A DNA stretch of 64,000 nucleotides from positions 23,272 to 87,271 of the forward strand of contig JAJEGJ010000052.1 of the NCBI GenBank assembly GCA_022819905.1, given 5' to 3'. The position numbers and the translations under genes are program-made. This DNA comes from Alphaproteobacteria bacterium. GTDB taxonomy: Bacteria; Pseudomonadota; Alphaproteobacteria; TMED109. Positions 29,301 through 37,465 of the stretch are shown in pieces (position 1 is the stretch's first letter; every line of letters begins with the position of its first letter). Below the pieces are notes generated by a model. That model worked only from the letters and a program-made list of their open reading frames with translations. It was not told the DNA's origin and did not search any database.

Positions 29301-29811
29301 CAGCCGGCGTCGGAGCTCGCGCGTCAAGCGACGAGAGACCCAGGCGCCTGAAGGGCGCGACGACCTGGACGCCGACATGAGCGATGACTCGGTCAGCGCT
29401 GCGAATTCGTCCGACTTCGGAACGGTGTCGCCGGACCTGGACCCGTTCGGGGCTGCCACCGACAGCTCGGAACGGGATCCTTCAGCCCAGGTGTCCACCT
29501 TCGCCACGGCCCCGGCTCATCCTTTCGGAGGCGCCGACGAGCCGATTGTTGCGGACGAGCTGTCGGAACCCTCGCCGACGTCCGATGATCCCTTCGGAGC
29601 GCCGGCCCAGCTCCGTGTTGACCCTGGTCCGGTGGCCGGCGACGCGGCGGCCGGGCCGGAAGACCCGTTCGCCGGCCGGGAACCGTCATCACGATCGGAC
29701 CTGACGGCGCTGGCCGACAGCGAGCTGAACGGCAGCTCGGACGTGCGATCGGAGGCCGAGGGGAGGCCGCAAGCCGGGCGATGGTGGACGACGTTTCGGG
29801 GGCGCTCCTGA
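26317..29811 (+). CDS. rne: Ribonuclease E
   Basis: The ATG at 26317 gives MPKRMLIDAARPEETRVVV. An S1 domain carries an acidic/basic insertion, followed by the catalytic core (VTVDINSG, LIVIDFIGM, EFGLIEMSRQR, the CANCHGHG Zn-link). The ~590-aa C-terminal half is disordered with alternating Arg-rich and Asp/Glu-rich blocks. Confidence 0.93.
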   Translation: MPKRMLIDAARPEETRVVVADGAQLEDYDVALASRPQIRGNIYLAKVVRVEASLQAAFVDYGHEKHGFLSFTEIHPDYFQIPVADREAIVARDSELARQEAEAEELDDDGPEDIDAADTGEELSADSGEEDEDQVAEGDNRSERPRRRLSRRRSEKQRRAELYRNYRIQEVIRNGQLILVQATKEQRGSKGAVFSSYISLPGRYTVLMPNTAHGGGVSRKIGGPDDRKRLRKVVKDLEVAEGMSVILRTVAKGRTRAEIRRDFDYVVSLWSDIREKTLNSVGASLVHHENDLVKRAVRDMYQSDVSEVMVAGEEAYRRAKDITKVLSPSKARHVKLYRGDLPFYHSYGIERPLASVHRPEVRLPSGGSMVIAQTEALVTVDINSGRAIRERHIEETALKTNLEAVDELARQFRLRDLAGLIVIDFIGMERRRNNEQVEQRLKEVLKHDRARTHVGRMSEFGLIEMSRQRLRASIHDTQHEPCANCHGHGWIYRPEAHALMVIRALECEVANHRGCRFRVSVPPACAQYLSETMWRSVHQLETQFEVRIEIQATAEPLADNYLLEVVRADGTSMSLNPTQANELDSGTIKQGERSRRGGRSRASARDEDGADERPARSRRARSARADDSSQDGEEERRLRSRNGRASARRGADDDKRSARNGRRRPADRADFDDDTEEGFSERRREMPVARDEYDEDGDEERRPRARRARAGSPNGYDDAEGRRRSRGRRGRAVERDPVDDVADDDRTRRERWSRPDDDDDYDVEEERRGSDRGTRYADRDADDDDDLVRETPSRRRRSRTQVRQDGDHDAADAPRARGRRSRTPTDSEYDDEFPEEPRTRRRRAQATPRSEPEDLFEEGSRTGRKRERPRSADDRSDLDADEPRGRRRRARSAGRDEPRSEKTEERRPRRSSSRPDTVEDGHDAAEDFVESMPVDGRPADSGDRSEEPDVFADAADGDGYAVGDADSPFEEQPETPLSGRSDRSSRRTRRGSRGGSRRRSSRVKRRETQAPEGRDDLDADMSDDSVSAANSSDFGTVSPDLDPFGAATDSSERDPSAQVSTFATAPAHPFGGADEPIVADELSEPSPTSDDPFGAPAQLRVDPGPVAGDAAAGPEDPFAGREPSSRSDLTALADSELNGSSDVRSEAEGRPQAGRWWTTFRGRS

Positions 29812-30981
29812 TTATCCGCCCCCGGTTCGGCGGGCAGTCCAGCTGCTGAGCCTCTCCATGGCCGACTGGATGGTTTCGGGGGCGCCTGAGTAGCTCAAGC
29901 GGACAAACCGGTGCCCCCGGTCGCGGTCGAAATCGACTCCGGGGGCAACCGCGATGCCTTGGTTACGCAACAGTTGGCGCGCGAACTCGAACGAGTCATC
30001 CGTAAAGTCGGAAACGTCCACGTACAGGTAGAACGCACCGTCAGCTGCAGCGACCCTGTCAAAGCCGGATCGCGACAGTCCGTCGAGCAGACTGTCCCGG
30101 TTGGCCCGATATCGCTCGACATGCGAGTCGAGTTCCGCATAGCAATTGAACACTTCACAGGCCCCCACTTGAGCTACCGTGGGCGCACACAGGAAAAAGT
30201 TCATGGCGAGCCGCTCGGCGGCAGCGATGAGTTCCGCAGGCCCCACCACCCAGCCAAGGCGCCACCCCGTCATTGCGAAATACTTCGAGAAACTGTTCAC
30301 AACGACGGATTGGTCATCAATACCCAGCACCGTCGGGCATGCACGTTCGTACGTAATGCCGTGGTAGATCTCGTCTGCGACGAGTCGAATGTTCCGTTCC
30401 CGACAGAATGCGACCAGCCTTCGTAGTTCCGTCTCGGGCATCACCGATCCGGTCGGATTGGCGGGGCTGGCCAAGACGACGCCTTGCAGGCCGTCGGCCA
30501 CGGGCCGAAGGAGATCGACGACGGGTTGGTAGGCACTTTCATGAAGCCCGGGGATCGACACCACATCGATTCCCAGTGCCGTCAGAATGCTCCGGTAGGC
30601 CGGGTAGCCGGGAGAGGCAAGGGCCACCCGGTCACCGGGATTGAAGAGCGCGAGGAACACGAGAATGAATGCACCCGAGGCGCCGGTCGTGACAATGACG
30701 CGTCCCGTCTCGACTTCCACGCCGTAGAAGTCACGGTAGTGCGAGGCGATGGCGCGACGTAATTCCGGCAGCCCGAGCGCCTCCGTGTACCCGGTGCGGC
30801 CGGCCTCGATTGCCGCCGTGGCTGCGTCGCGCACCTTGGCCGGGGCACGGGCATCCGGCTCCCCCACTTCAAGGTGCAGAACGTCCTGACCGAGGGCGGC
30901 CAAGCGATTCGCCTCGGCGAGCACTCCCATGGCATGAAACTGCGGTACTTGTGACCTGGCTGACAATTTCCCGAGCACCAT
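29812..30981 (-). CDS. Class I/II pyridoxal-phosphate-dependent aminotransferase
   Basis: 389-aa ORF. GEPD, ASPANPTG and the PLP-lysine motif NSFSKYFAMTGWRLGW are present. Its stop abuts the rne stop with no intervening base. Confidence 0.87.
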   Translation of the reverse strand: MVLGKLSARSQVPQFHAMGVLAEANRLAALGQDVLHLEVGEPDARAPAKVRDAATAAIEAGRTGYTEALGLPELRRAIASHYRDFYGVEVETGRVIVTTGASGAFILVFLALFNPGDRVALASPGYPAYRSILTALGIDVVSIPGLHESAYQPVVDLLRPVADGLQGVVLASPANPTGSVMPETELRRLVAFCRERNIRLVADEIYHGITYERACPTVLGIDDQSVVVNSFSKYFAMTGWRLGWVVGPAELIAAAERLAMNFFLCAPTVAQVGACEVFNCYAELDSHVERYRANRDSLLDGLSRSGFDRVAAADGAFYLYVDVSDFTDDSFEFARQLLRNQGIAVAPGVDFDRDRGHRFVRLSYSGAPETIQSAMERLSSWTARRTGGG

Positions 30982-31286
30982 CGGACTCCCGCTACCTCGA
31001 CTGACATCTCTCGCTCGGGTGGCGTCGTTGGATCGGTGTCGTGCACCCGCTCTCGTTCACCCTGCATCGTTCGGCGACGCGTATCAAGCGCGTAACCGGC
31101 GCTGCAGTACAAACGGCCTCGGTTGGCGCGAGACCGGTGCCTCCAGGACCGGCGCCGGCTTCCCGAACGTGGCAGCCCGCACACGGGACAAGTCCGCCAG
31201 CGCATCGTCGAAGGTTACCCGTGTATACTCCCTCGCCTTTGACCGCCGGATCGGCTCGCACCGGATCGAACTCAGGACGACATCAC

Positions 31287-31574
31287 ATGTCACGACGCTG
31301 TGAACTTACTGGTAAGGGCGTGCTCACCGGCAATAACGTCAGCCACGCCCACAACAAGACACGCCGCCGATTTCTCCCGAATTTGCAGCGCGTGTCGCTG
31401 CACAGTGACCTGCTTAACCAGACCGTCCGGTTTCGTGTAGCTGCCTCGACCCTCCGGACCGTGGACCGGAAGGGCGGTCTCGACCTGTTCCTCTTGGATG
31501 CCGATCCGCAGCGTTTGTCGTCGCGGGCCCGGGCGCTTCGCACGCGCCTCGAGAAACGACAGGCAAGCGCCTAG
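31287..31574 (+). CDS. rpmB: 50S ribosomal protein L28
   Basis: The internal ATG at 31287 gives [34 protein letters not shown], which is the canonical L28 N-terminus. 95 aa. Confidence 0.93.
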   Translation: MSRRCELTGKGVLTGNNVSHAHNKTRRRFLPNLQRVSLHSDLLNQTVRFRVAASTLRTVDRKGGLDLFLLDADPQRLSSRARALRTRLEKRQASA

Positions 31575-31580
31575 ACGCTC

Positions 31581-33416
31581 CTAGATCGCCAGCGGCCCAG
31601 GTCGACCGGGCCGCATCTCTTCGGAAAACAGTTCGGCGAGTTGCCCGGTGATCGCGCCGCCCAGTTGCGCGACGTCAAATATCGTGATTGCCCGCCGATA
31701 GTAGCGGGTCACATCATGCCCGATTCCGACTGCCACCAGTTCCACCGGTGACGTCCGCTGGATGAGGTCGATCACTTCGCGGAGGTGCCGGTCGAGATAG
31801 TGGCCATGGTTGGCGGACAGGGTGCTGTCATCCACCGGGGCTCCGTCCGAAATTACCGTGAGGATTCGCCGCTGTTCGGTGCGCGCAAGCAACCGCTGAT
31901 GCGCCCACAGCAATGCTTCGCCGTCGATATTCTCCTTCAGCAGTCCTTCCCGAAGCATCAGACCGAGGTTCCGCCGCGCCCGGCGCCAGGGCGTATCAGC
32001 GGCCTTGTAGACGATGTGCCGAAGGTCGTTGAGCCGGCCCGGCCCCGCCGGGCGGCCCGCCTCCAGCCAGGCGGCTCTCGCTTGCCCGCCTTTCCAGGCC
32101 CGGGTGGTAAACCCGAGGATTTCCACCTTGACGCCGCATCGCTCGAGCGTGCGCGCGAGGATGTCCGCACTGATCGCGGCGACCGTGATCGGCCGGCCCC
32201 GCATCGAGCCCGAATTGTCCAGCAGCAGCGTCACGACGGTGTCGCGAAAACGTGTTTCCGCCTCGCGTTTGAACGACAGCGGTGTGGCGGGGTCGACCAC
32301 CGCGCGAGCCAGCCTGGCGCAGTCGAGGAGGCCCTCCTCCAGGTCGAACTCCCACCAGCGCACCTGCTGGGCCAGCAGCAGACGCTGCAACCGGTGGGCA
32401 AGCCGCGCGATGAGGCTTTCGAACTGCACGAGGTGCCGGTCCAGGGCTTCCCGCAACCTCATCAGCTCATCCGGGGCACACAATTCTTCCGCCGGAATGA
32501 CCTCGTCGTGTTTCCGCGTGAAAATGGCGTACGGGACCTGATCGGAACCGTCGGCAGACAGATTATGCCAGGCGGGTGGCGCACTGCTTTCCTCCTCCTC
32601 GTCGCCCTCGCCGTCCAGCCCGGACGTGCTGTCGCCGCCCTCTTCCTCCGGAAGGTCGTCGTCCAGGGCGCCGGTCCCGGGCATTCCGTCCGTCTCGCCG
32701 TCGTCCTCGTCTTCCGCATCCATGTTGCCTTGCGACTGCTCGTCGTCCGTCGCGCTCTCCTCGTCTTCGCCCTGTTCGTCTTCCTGACGGGTCAGGGTGT
32801 GCAGGTCGAGATCGTCCAACAGCTGCCGAAGGTGGTTCGCGAAAGCCGCCTGGTCATCGATCACGTCAGCCAGCGTGTCGAGTGACCTGCCGCTAGCAAA
32901 GCGGAACGTGCCTTCCCACCGCTGCACGAGGGCGGCGGCGTCCGCAGGAACCGGACGGCCCGTGAGCCGCTCCCGCACCATGAGCCGCAGCGCACTGGCG
33001 AGCGCGTCGTTCCCGTCTTCTGCTGCCGCGATGGCGGCGGACCGACGCGCCTCGTCGGCCAGGGCCGCGTCGAGATTGTCAGCCACGCCCCGCATGGCAT
33101 TGGCGCCCAGCGCCTCGTACCGCGCCCGCTCGGCGGCGTCGAGCAGTGCCTGGCCAAGCGGATTCGGGGACCCGAGTTCCTGGTGGAGGGCTGCGTCATG
33201 GTGCCGCAGCTTGAGGGCGGCCGTGTCGGCGATCCCACGTATCGACGCGGCATCGACGGCGTCGCGGGTCGGGACGGGAATGGAGACCGCAGGCGCCTCC
33301 GCGGACACGTTGCCGAACCTCACCTCCACATCCGCCTGACCGGCAAGCGCCCGGACCGCCCCGGCGGTCGCCCGCTTGAAGTCGTCCAGTCGACCACGGG
33401 CCCCGGCTGCCGTCAT
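31581..33416 (-). CDS. cobT: CobT-like protein (acidic linker plus C-terminal vWA domain)
   Basis: The ATG at 33416 overlaps the cobS stop (ATGA) and gives 611 aa. There is a long acidic stretch ([16 protein letters not shown]...[10 protein letters not shown]) and a vWA MIDAS motif ([11 protein letters not shown]). The overall pattern is that of aerobic cobaltochelatase subunit CobT. Confidence 0.85.
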   Translation of the reverse strand: MTAAGARGRLDDFKRATAGAVRALAGQADVEVRFGNVSAEAPAVSIPVPTRDAVDAASIRGIADTAALKLRHHDAALHQELGSPNPLGQALLDAAERARYEALGANAMRGVADNLDAALADEARRSAAIAAAEDGNDALASALRLMVRERLTGRPVPADAAALVQRWEGTFRFASGRSLDTLADVIDDQAAFANHLRQLLDDLDLHTLTRQEDEQGEDEESATDDEQSQGNMDAEDEDDGETDGMPGTGALDDDLPEEEGGDSTSGLDGEGDEEEESSAPPAWHNLSADGSDQVPYAIFTRKHDEVIPAEELCAPDELMRLREALDRHLVQFESLIARLAHRLQRLLLAQQVRWWEFDLEEGLLDCARLARAVVDPATPLSFKREAETRFRDTVVTLLLDNSGSMRGRPITVAAISADILARTLERCGVKVEILGFTTRAWKGGQARAAWLEAGRPAGPGRLNDLRHIVYKAADTPWRRARRNLGLMLREGLLKENIDGEALLWAHQRLLARTEQRRILTVISDGAPVDDSTLSANHGHYLDRHLREVIDLIQRTSPVELVAVGIGHDVTRYYRRAITIFDVAQLGGAITGQLAELFSEEMRPGRPGPLAI

Positions 33417-34438
33417 CCCTTCGGCATCCCGCTGACCCAGCTTTCCGGCAGGTCGCGCCCGAAGCAGCGCTGGAAATATTCCGCCACCACCGAGCGTTCG
33501 ACCTCGTCGCACTTGTTCAGGAATGTCAGGCGGAAGGCAAGCGCGTTGGCTTCCTCCCGGTCGCCGCCGCCGGCCTCGAAGATGAGCGCGTTCTCTGCCC
33601 ACGTGATCACGGTCCGCGGTGACATGACCGTCGAGATATCACCGGCCGCCAGCCCCCGGCGGGTCAGATTGGCGACGGCAACCATCGCCTTCACGGTCTC
33701 CGAGTGCCCGGGTTCCGCGAAGGCCGGCACCTTGGCGTGGACGATCTCCACTTCTGCGTCCTCCGCCAGATAGTTCAGGGTTGCCACCACGTTCCAGCGG
33801 TCCATCTGTCCCTGATTGATCTGCTGGGTTCCGTGGTAGAGGCCGCTTGCGTCACCCAGGCCGATGGTGTTGGCCGTCGCAAACAGACGGAACCCGGGAT
33901 GCGGGCGCAGGACGCGGTTCTGGTCGAGGAGCGTGAGTCGGCCGTCGACTTCCAGCACCCGCTGGATCACGAACATGACGTCGGGTCGACCGGCGTCGTA
34001 CTCATCGAACACCAGCGCCGTCGGAGACTGCAGCGCCCACGGCAGCATGCCTTCCCGGAACTCGGTGATCTGGTGGCCGTCACGGACCACGATGGCGTCC
34101 CGGCCGACGAGATCGATCCTGCTGATGTGGCTGTCGAGGTTGATCCGGACGCAGCGCCAGTTCAGGCGGGCGGCCACTTGCTCGATATGGGTCGACTTGC
34201 CCGTGCCGTGATAGCCCTGGATCAGCACCCGGCGGTTATCGCGAAAACCCGCAAGGATGGCGAGCGTCGTCTCGGGATCGAACCGGTACGAGTCGTCGAT
34301 CTCCGGAACATGCTCATCCGGCTGCGAGTACGCGGGGACCTCGAGGTCGGTATCGATTCCGAAGACGTCTCGAACCGAGACGACGGAATCGGGTACAGGG
34401 GTTCGAACGGCTTCGGGGCCAGCTGGAATATTCGACAT
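33413..34438 (-). CDS. cobS: CobS-like MoxR-type AAA+ ATPase
   Basis: 341-aa ORF. Walker A ([20 protein letters not shown]), Walker B (LVFDEYD) and the C-terminal region are typical of CobS. Confidence 0.88.
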   Translation of the reverse strand: MSNIPAGPEAVRTPVPDSVVSVRDVFGIDTDLEVPAYSQPDEHVPEIDDSYRFDPETTLAILAGFRDNRRVLIQGYHGTGKSTHIEQVAARLNWRCVRINLDSHISRIDLVGRDAIVVRDGHQITEFREGMLPWALQSPTALVFDEYDAGRPDVMFVIQRVLEVDGRLTLLDQNRVLRPHPGFRLFATANTIGLGDASGLYHGTQQINQGQMDRWNVVATLNYLAEDAEVEIVHAKVPAFAEPGHSETVKAMVAVANLTRRGLAAGDISTVMSPRTVITWAENALIFEAGGGDREEANALAFRLTFLNKCDEVERSVVAEYFQRCFGRDLPESWVSGMPKG

Positions 34439-34474
34439 GTGTGCGTGTTCGACTTTGAGGAAAGCGCGGCCCGC

Positions 34475-35065
34475 TCAGGCCTTGCCGTGGTAACGGGTAA
34501 GAACGGCATACGCCGCGTTAATTCCGACCAGCCGGTCCGACGCCCTTGTGTCGCCGCCGTTGGCGTCCGGATGGTGCGACTTCACGAGCGACTTATAGCG
34601 CGTCTTGATGGTCTCCAGCGACGCTTCCTCGCCGAGACCGAGCACGCGGAGAGCGCGCGTCACGTGCGCGTCAGGCCGCGCGCGGCGGGGGGCGCGTTGA
34701 CCCTCCCGTGGCTGGCTGCTCTCGCGAAACAGGCCGAACCAGTCCGTCAGCCGCGGCTCGGACCTCCGCACATGCTCTCTGAGCGGCCAGGTCGGACGCT
34801 GCCAGCCGATGTCGTCACGAACCTCCCGGCCGATCTCCACCTCATCACAGCCTTCGAAATAGTTCCAACGTCGGTTGTACTCCCGGACATGGGCCAGACA
34901 AAACCAGCGCCAATTGCGAAGCGCCTGACGCGACCGCGGCGCCGGGTACTGTCCCAGGTCGGTGCATTCGGGGTGTTCGCACACGCGCGGAGGCACGCGG
35001 GCATCGTCGCCCAGGCATTCGGGCGCTCCGCGAGGAGGGTTGCGGCGAGAGCGACGAGTAGTCAT
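34475..35065 (-). CDS. J-domain protein (C-terminal DnaJ domain, Cys/His-containing N-terminal region)
   Basis: The ATG at 35065 gives MTTRRSRRNPP.... The track start at 35086 is TTG. The C-terminal J domain is LETIKTRYKSLVKSHHPDANGG, which contains the HPD motif. The N-terminal part reads CEHPEC...WFCLAHVREYNRRWNYF. Confidence 0.8.
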   Translation of the reverse strand: MTTRRSRRNPPRGAPECLGDDARVPPRVCEHPECTDLGQYPAPRSRQALRNWRWFCLAHVREYNRRWNYFEGCDEVEIGREVRDDIGWQRPTWPLREHVRRSEPRLTDWFGLFRESSQPREGQRAPRRARPDAHVTRALRVLGLGEEASLETIKTRYKSLVKSHHPDANGGDTRASDRLVGINAAYAVLTRYHGKA

Positions 35066-35205
35066 GGCCGCATCATGGTGGCACAAGTCGATTCAGGCAA
35101 AGGGTTGCCGTCGGAGCGGTCCGTGCCGGCACCGGCGCGCTTGCGGTGATCAGATCCATGCGTCAGGGTGTCGGCTCGGCCATCACCTGAAGAGGAGCGC
35201 GCAGG

Positions 35206-35496
35206 GTGAACCGAGCGGAACGAATGCTGGCAGCGTTGCAGGCCCGTCTTGGCTCGGCAAGTATCGAGATCGAAGACGAATCCCGCTTGCATGCCGGACA
35301 CGCCGGCGCCCCGCAGGGCGGGGAAAGCCACTACCGGGTAAAGATCGAGAGTACCGCGTTTCGTGGCCTGAGCCGGATCGAGCGGCACCAGCTGGTGCAC
35401 GAGATCCTGAAAGAGGAGCTGGCTAGAGGCGTACATGCGCTGGCTCTCGAGCTGTCAGTGCCCGCACCTGATCCCGGCGCCGCGAAGTACCCTTAG
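35206..35496 (+). CDS. bolA: BolA-family protein
   Basis: 96-aa ORF. IEIEDESRLHAGHAG...HYRVKIESTAFRGLSRIERHQLVHEIL is the BolA signature. The exact start is uncertain between GTG 35206 and a downstream ATG. Confidence 0.85.
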   Translation: MNRAERMLAALQARLGSASIEIEDESRLHAGHAGAPQGGESHYRVKIESTAFRGLSRIERHQLVHEILKEELARGVHALALELSVPAPDPGAAKYP

Positions 35497-36086
35497 GACC
35501 GGCTGTCCGCCGCGCCGCTCTCGGTCGCTGTGGGGCGGTAGTGCGCGGGGTAGAGGTCGCGGACCACCGGACTGCTTTCCGCGTAGGCGTGGCAAGTGTT
35601 CAGGAGCATGGGCCGGTCGCCCGCCTGCAGATCTTCCACCGGCTGTCCCCTGTCGCGGATCCGCGCCGGGTAAATCGTCTGGAAGGCGGCCGTGGCAAGC
35701 GGAAACAGCATCTCCACCAGATGGGTGCAGCCCGCAGTGCCGCCCAGCCGCTCGCGCACCGCCCGCCGCCAGCCCCGAGCGATCGGGATCCCTTTCAGGC
35801 GCTGCAGGTTGGGAATGACCGCCGGGCACATCGGGTACGGCGATTTCTCCACTGCGACGTGCACCTCCTTGACGATGAAGTCGTCGTCGACGGTCAATCT
35901 GATCCACATGTCGTGAATCGGGTCGCCGGCCGGGACATCTCCGCGCCAGCGGGTCGTGAATCCGTAGTCCTTGGTGTCACAAAGGTGCCCCTCGATGTCC
36001 CAAAGACCGTCCTCGCGCCGGTAGCCGCGGCAAATCAGCTGGCGGCAGTGCAGGGAGGTGCGCGCTTCGGGGTCAGGCAAGGGCAT
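35493..36086 (-). CDS. DUF2889-family protein
   Basis: 197-aa ORF. HCRQLICRGYRREDGLWDIEGHL.DTK...IHDMWIRLTVD...GGTAGCTHL..ML matches my memory of the DUF2889 pattern. It overlaps the bolA 3' end convergently by 4 nt. Confidence 0.7.
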   Translation of the reverse strand: MPLPDPEARTSLHCRQLICRGYRREDGLWDIEGHLCDTKDYGFTTRWRGDVPAGDPIHDMWIRLTVDDDFIVKEVHVAVEKSPYPMCPAVIPNLQRLKGIPIARGWRRAVRERLGGTAGCTHLVEMLFPLATAAFQTIYPARIRDRGQPVEDLQAGDRPMLLNTCHAYAESSPVVRDLYPAHYRPTATESGAADSRS

Positions 36087-36140
36087 TGCGGCGTTCTCCG
36101 ATGACGAAACAAGTTCTTGGGTGGCCCGCCTGGCGGCGGG

Positions 36141-37145
36141 TCAGGGTAGCAACAAGTACGTGAGCATGATGGGCACCAGTACCAGCGACGCAATGGTGGT
36201 GATGACCACGACGCTGGCGACCTCCTCGGGGCTCCGCCGGTAATGCTGGGCGAAGAGGGCTGCGAAGACCGGTGTCGGCAGGACCCCCTGGATCAGCACG
36301 ACCCCCCGGGCAACACCCTCGAGGCCAAGGCCCTCGGTGATCGCGAACGCCAGCCCTAAGCCAATGGCATATTTCATGGCGACGGCGCGCACGACGCGAC
36401 CGAACCAAACGACCTGGAAGTTGGCGATCGTCGCTCCCAACGTGAACAGCATCAGCGGGATCGCAATCCCGCCGAGGAGCGACGTCGTGGCAAACACCCA
36501 TTCGGGCACCGCGGCATCGGTCAGCAGCACGGCCAGCCCGGCCGCCACGGCGTACGGAAACGGGGTGCGCAACAGTGCGATGGGATTGGCGTTCCCGGAC
36601 CAGATCAGGACGCCGAGCGTGAAGTGCAGCGTTGCGGTGACGGTGAAGAAGACGATCCCGAGCTCGAGACCCGCGGCGGCAAACGCGAAGAGACAGATGG
36701 AAATCCCGAGATTGCCGCTGTTGGGAAACATCATCGGCGCCAGAAATGTCCGCCGCGACAGGCCCGCGAGCGGCAACGCGACCAGACCGATGATCATCGC
36801 CCCCAGGATCATGAAGATGGCTGCCAGCGCCACATCGATCGCCAGCGCGGCCGGCGATCCGAGTGTCGCCAGCGTCGTGAAGATCAGGCACGGTGCCCCG
36901 ACCCGGCTGACGAGATCCGTGACCTGCCGCGTATCGAAATGGAACCCGCCCTTGACCCACAGGTACCCGAGCCCCGAAATCGCGAATACCGGTGCGAGGA
37001 TGGGTAGGAGCGCCAGGACGATGGTGCCCAGGGAAGCGATCACAGCAAATCCAGTCCAGTAGCCGCCGCCGGTCGGAATCCCGGAACTCCGGGAAACAGG
37101 CAGAAGAGACCCGGTGATGACCCCCAGCCGTCGAGCCCGATCCAT
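36141..37145 (-). CDS. AEC-family (auxin efflux carrier-like) membrane transporter
   Basis: Polytopic membrane ORF. A GTG at 37043 (MIASLGTIVLALLPILAPVFAISGLGYLW, 300 aa) looks like the more natural family N-terminus. The stop is firm. Confidence 0.75.
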   Translation of the reverse strand: MDRARRLGVITGSLLPVSRSSGIPTGGGYWTGFAVIASLGTIVLALLPILAPVFAISGLGYLWVKGGFHFDTRQVTDLVSRVGAPCLIFTTLATLGSPAALAIDVALAAIFMILGAMIIGLVALPLAGLSRRTFLAPMMFPNSGNLGISICLFAFAAAGLELGIVFFTVTATLHFTLGVLIWSGNANPIALLRTPFPYAVAAGLAVLLTDAAVPEWVFATTSLLGGIAIPLMLFTLGATIANFQVVWFGRVVRAVAMKYAIGLGLAFAITEGLGLEGVARGVVLIQGVLPTPVFAALFAQHYRRSPEEVASVVVITTIASLVLVPIMLTYLLLP

Positions 37146-37240
37146 GCACCCTAGCGCCGGACGTCAGCAGTACTGCCGCGCTGGCATGCAGGCAAGGGAC
37201 ACAGCAACCCCGGACACGTCGGCCAGACCTCGCCCGTTCG

Positions 37241-37280
37241 CCGACCAGGGCGACCGGGGGCGACCGGGGGCGACCGACGG
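37241..37280. repeat. Short tandem decamer repeat (CGACCnGGGG, about 4 copies)
   Basis: ccgaccaggg cgaccggggg cgaccggggg cgaccgacgg, read directly in the CorC/AEC intergenic spacer. Confidence 0.6.
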
Positions 37281-37465
37281 AACACGTAGCGGCCATGGCC
37301 ACGGGGGGGCGGTGACCACCCGACGCGCTCCCGTTCCGACTCAACCGTCAAGTTCGGAAACGCGTGCCGACGCGAGGACGGGCCGTCGCCAGGGGATTCC
37401 CGCTGGGGAAAGGCGCCGCCGGTGTAGAGCGAAGCCGGTGTCGCGGCTGACCGAGGCGGCTGCCC

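Noticed and set aside
34439-34474. Searched for a cobalamin riboswitch upstream of cobS/cobT
   Set aside because: Only 36 nt separate cobS from the J-domain gene and only about 140 nt lie upstream of the latter. That is too short for a B12 element, and no B12-box-like sequence was seen.
37241-37280. Tandem decamer repeat as a possible CRISPR or minisatellite
   Set aside because: The units are contiguous 10-mers with no spacers and only about 4 copies. There are no cas genes anywhere in the window. It is simple slippage-type repetition.
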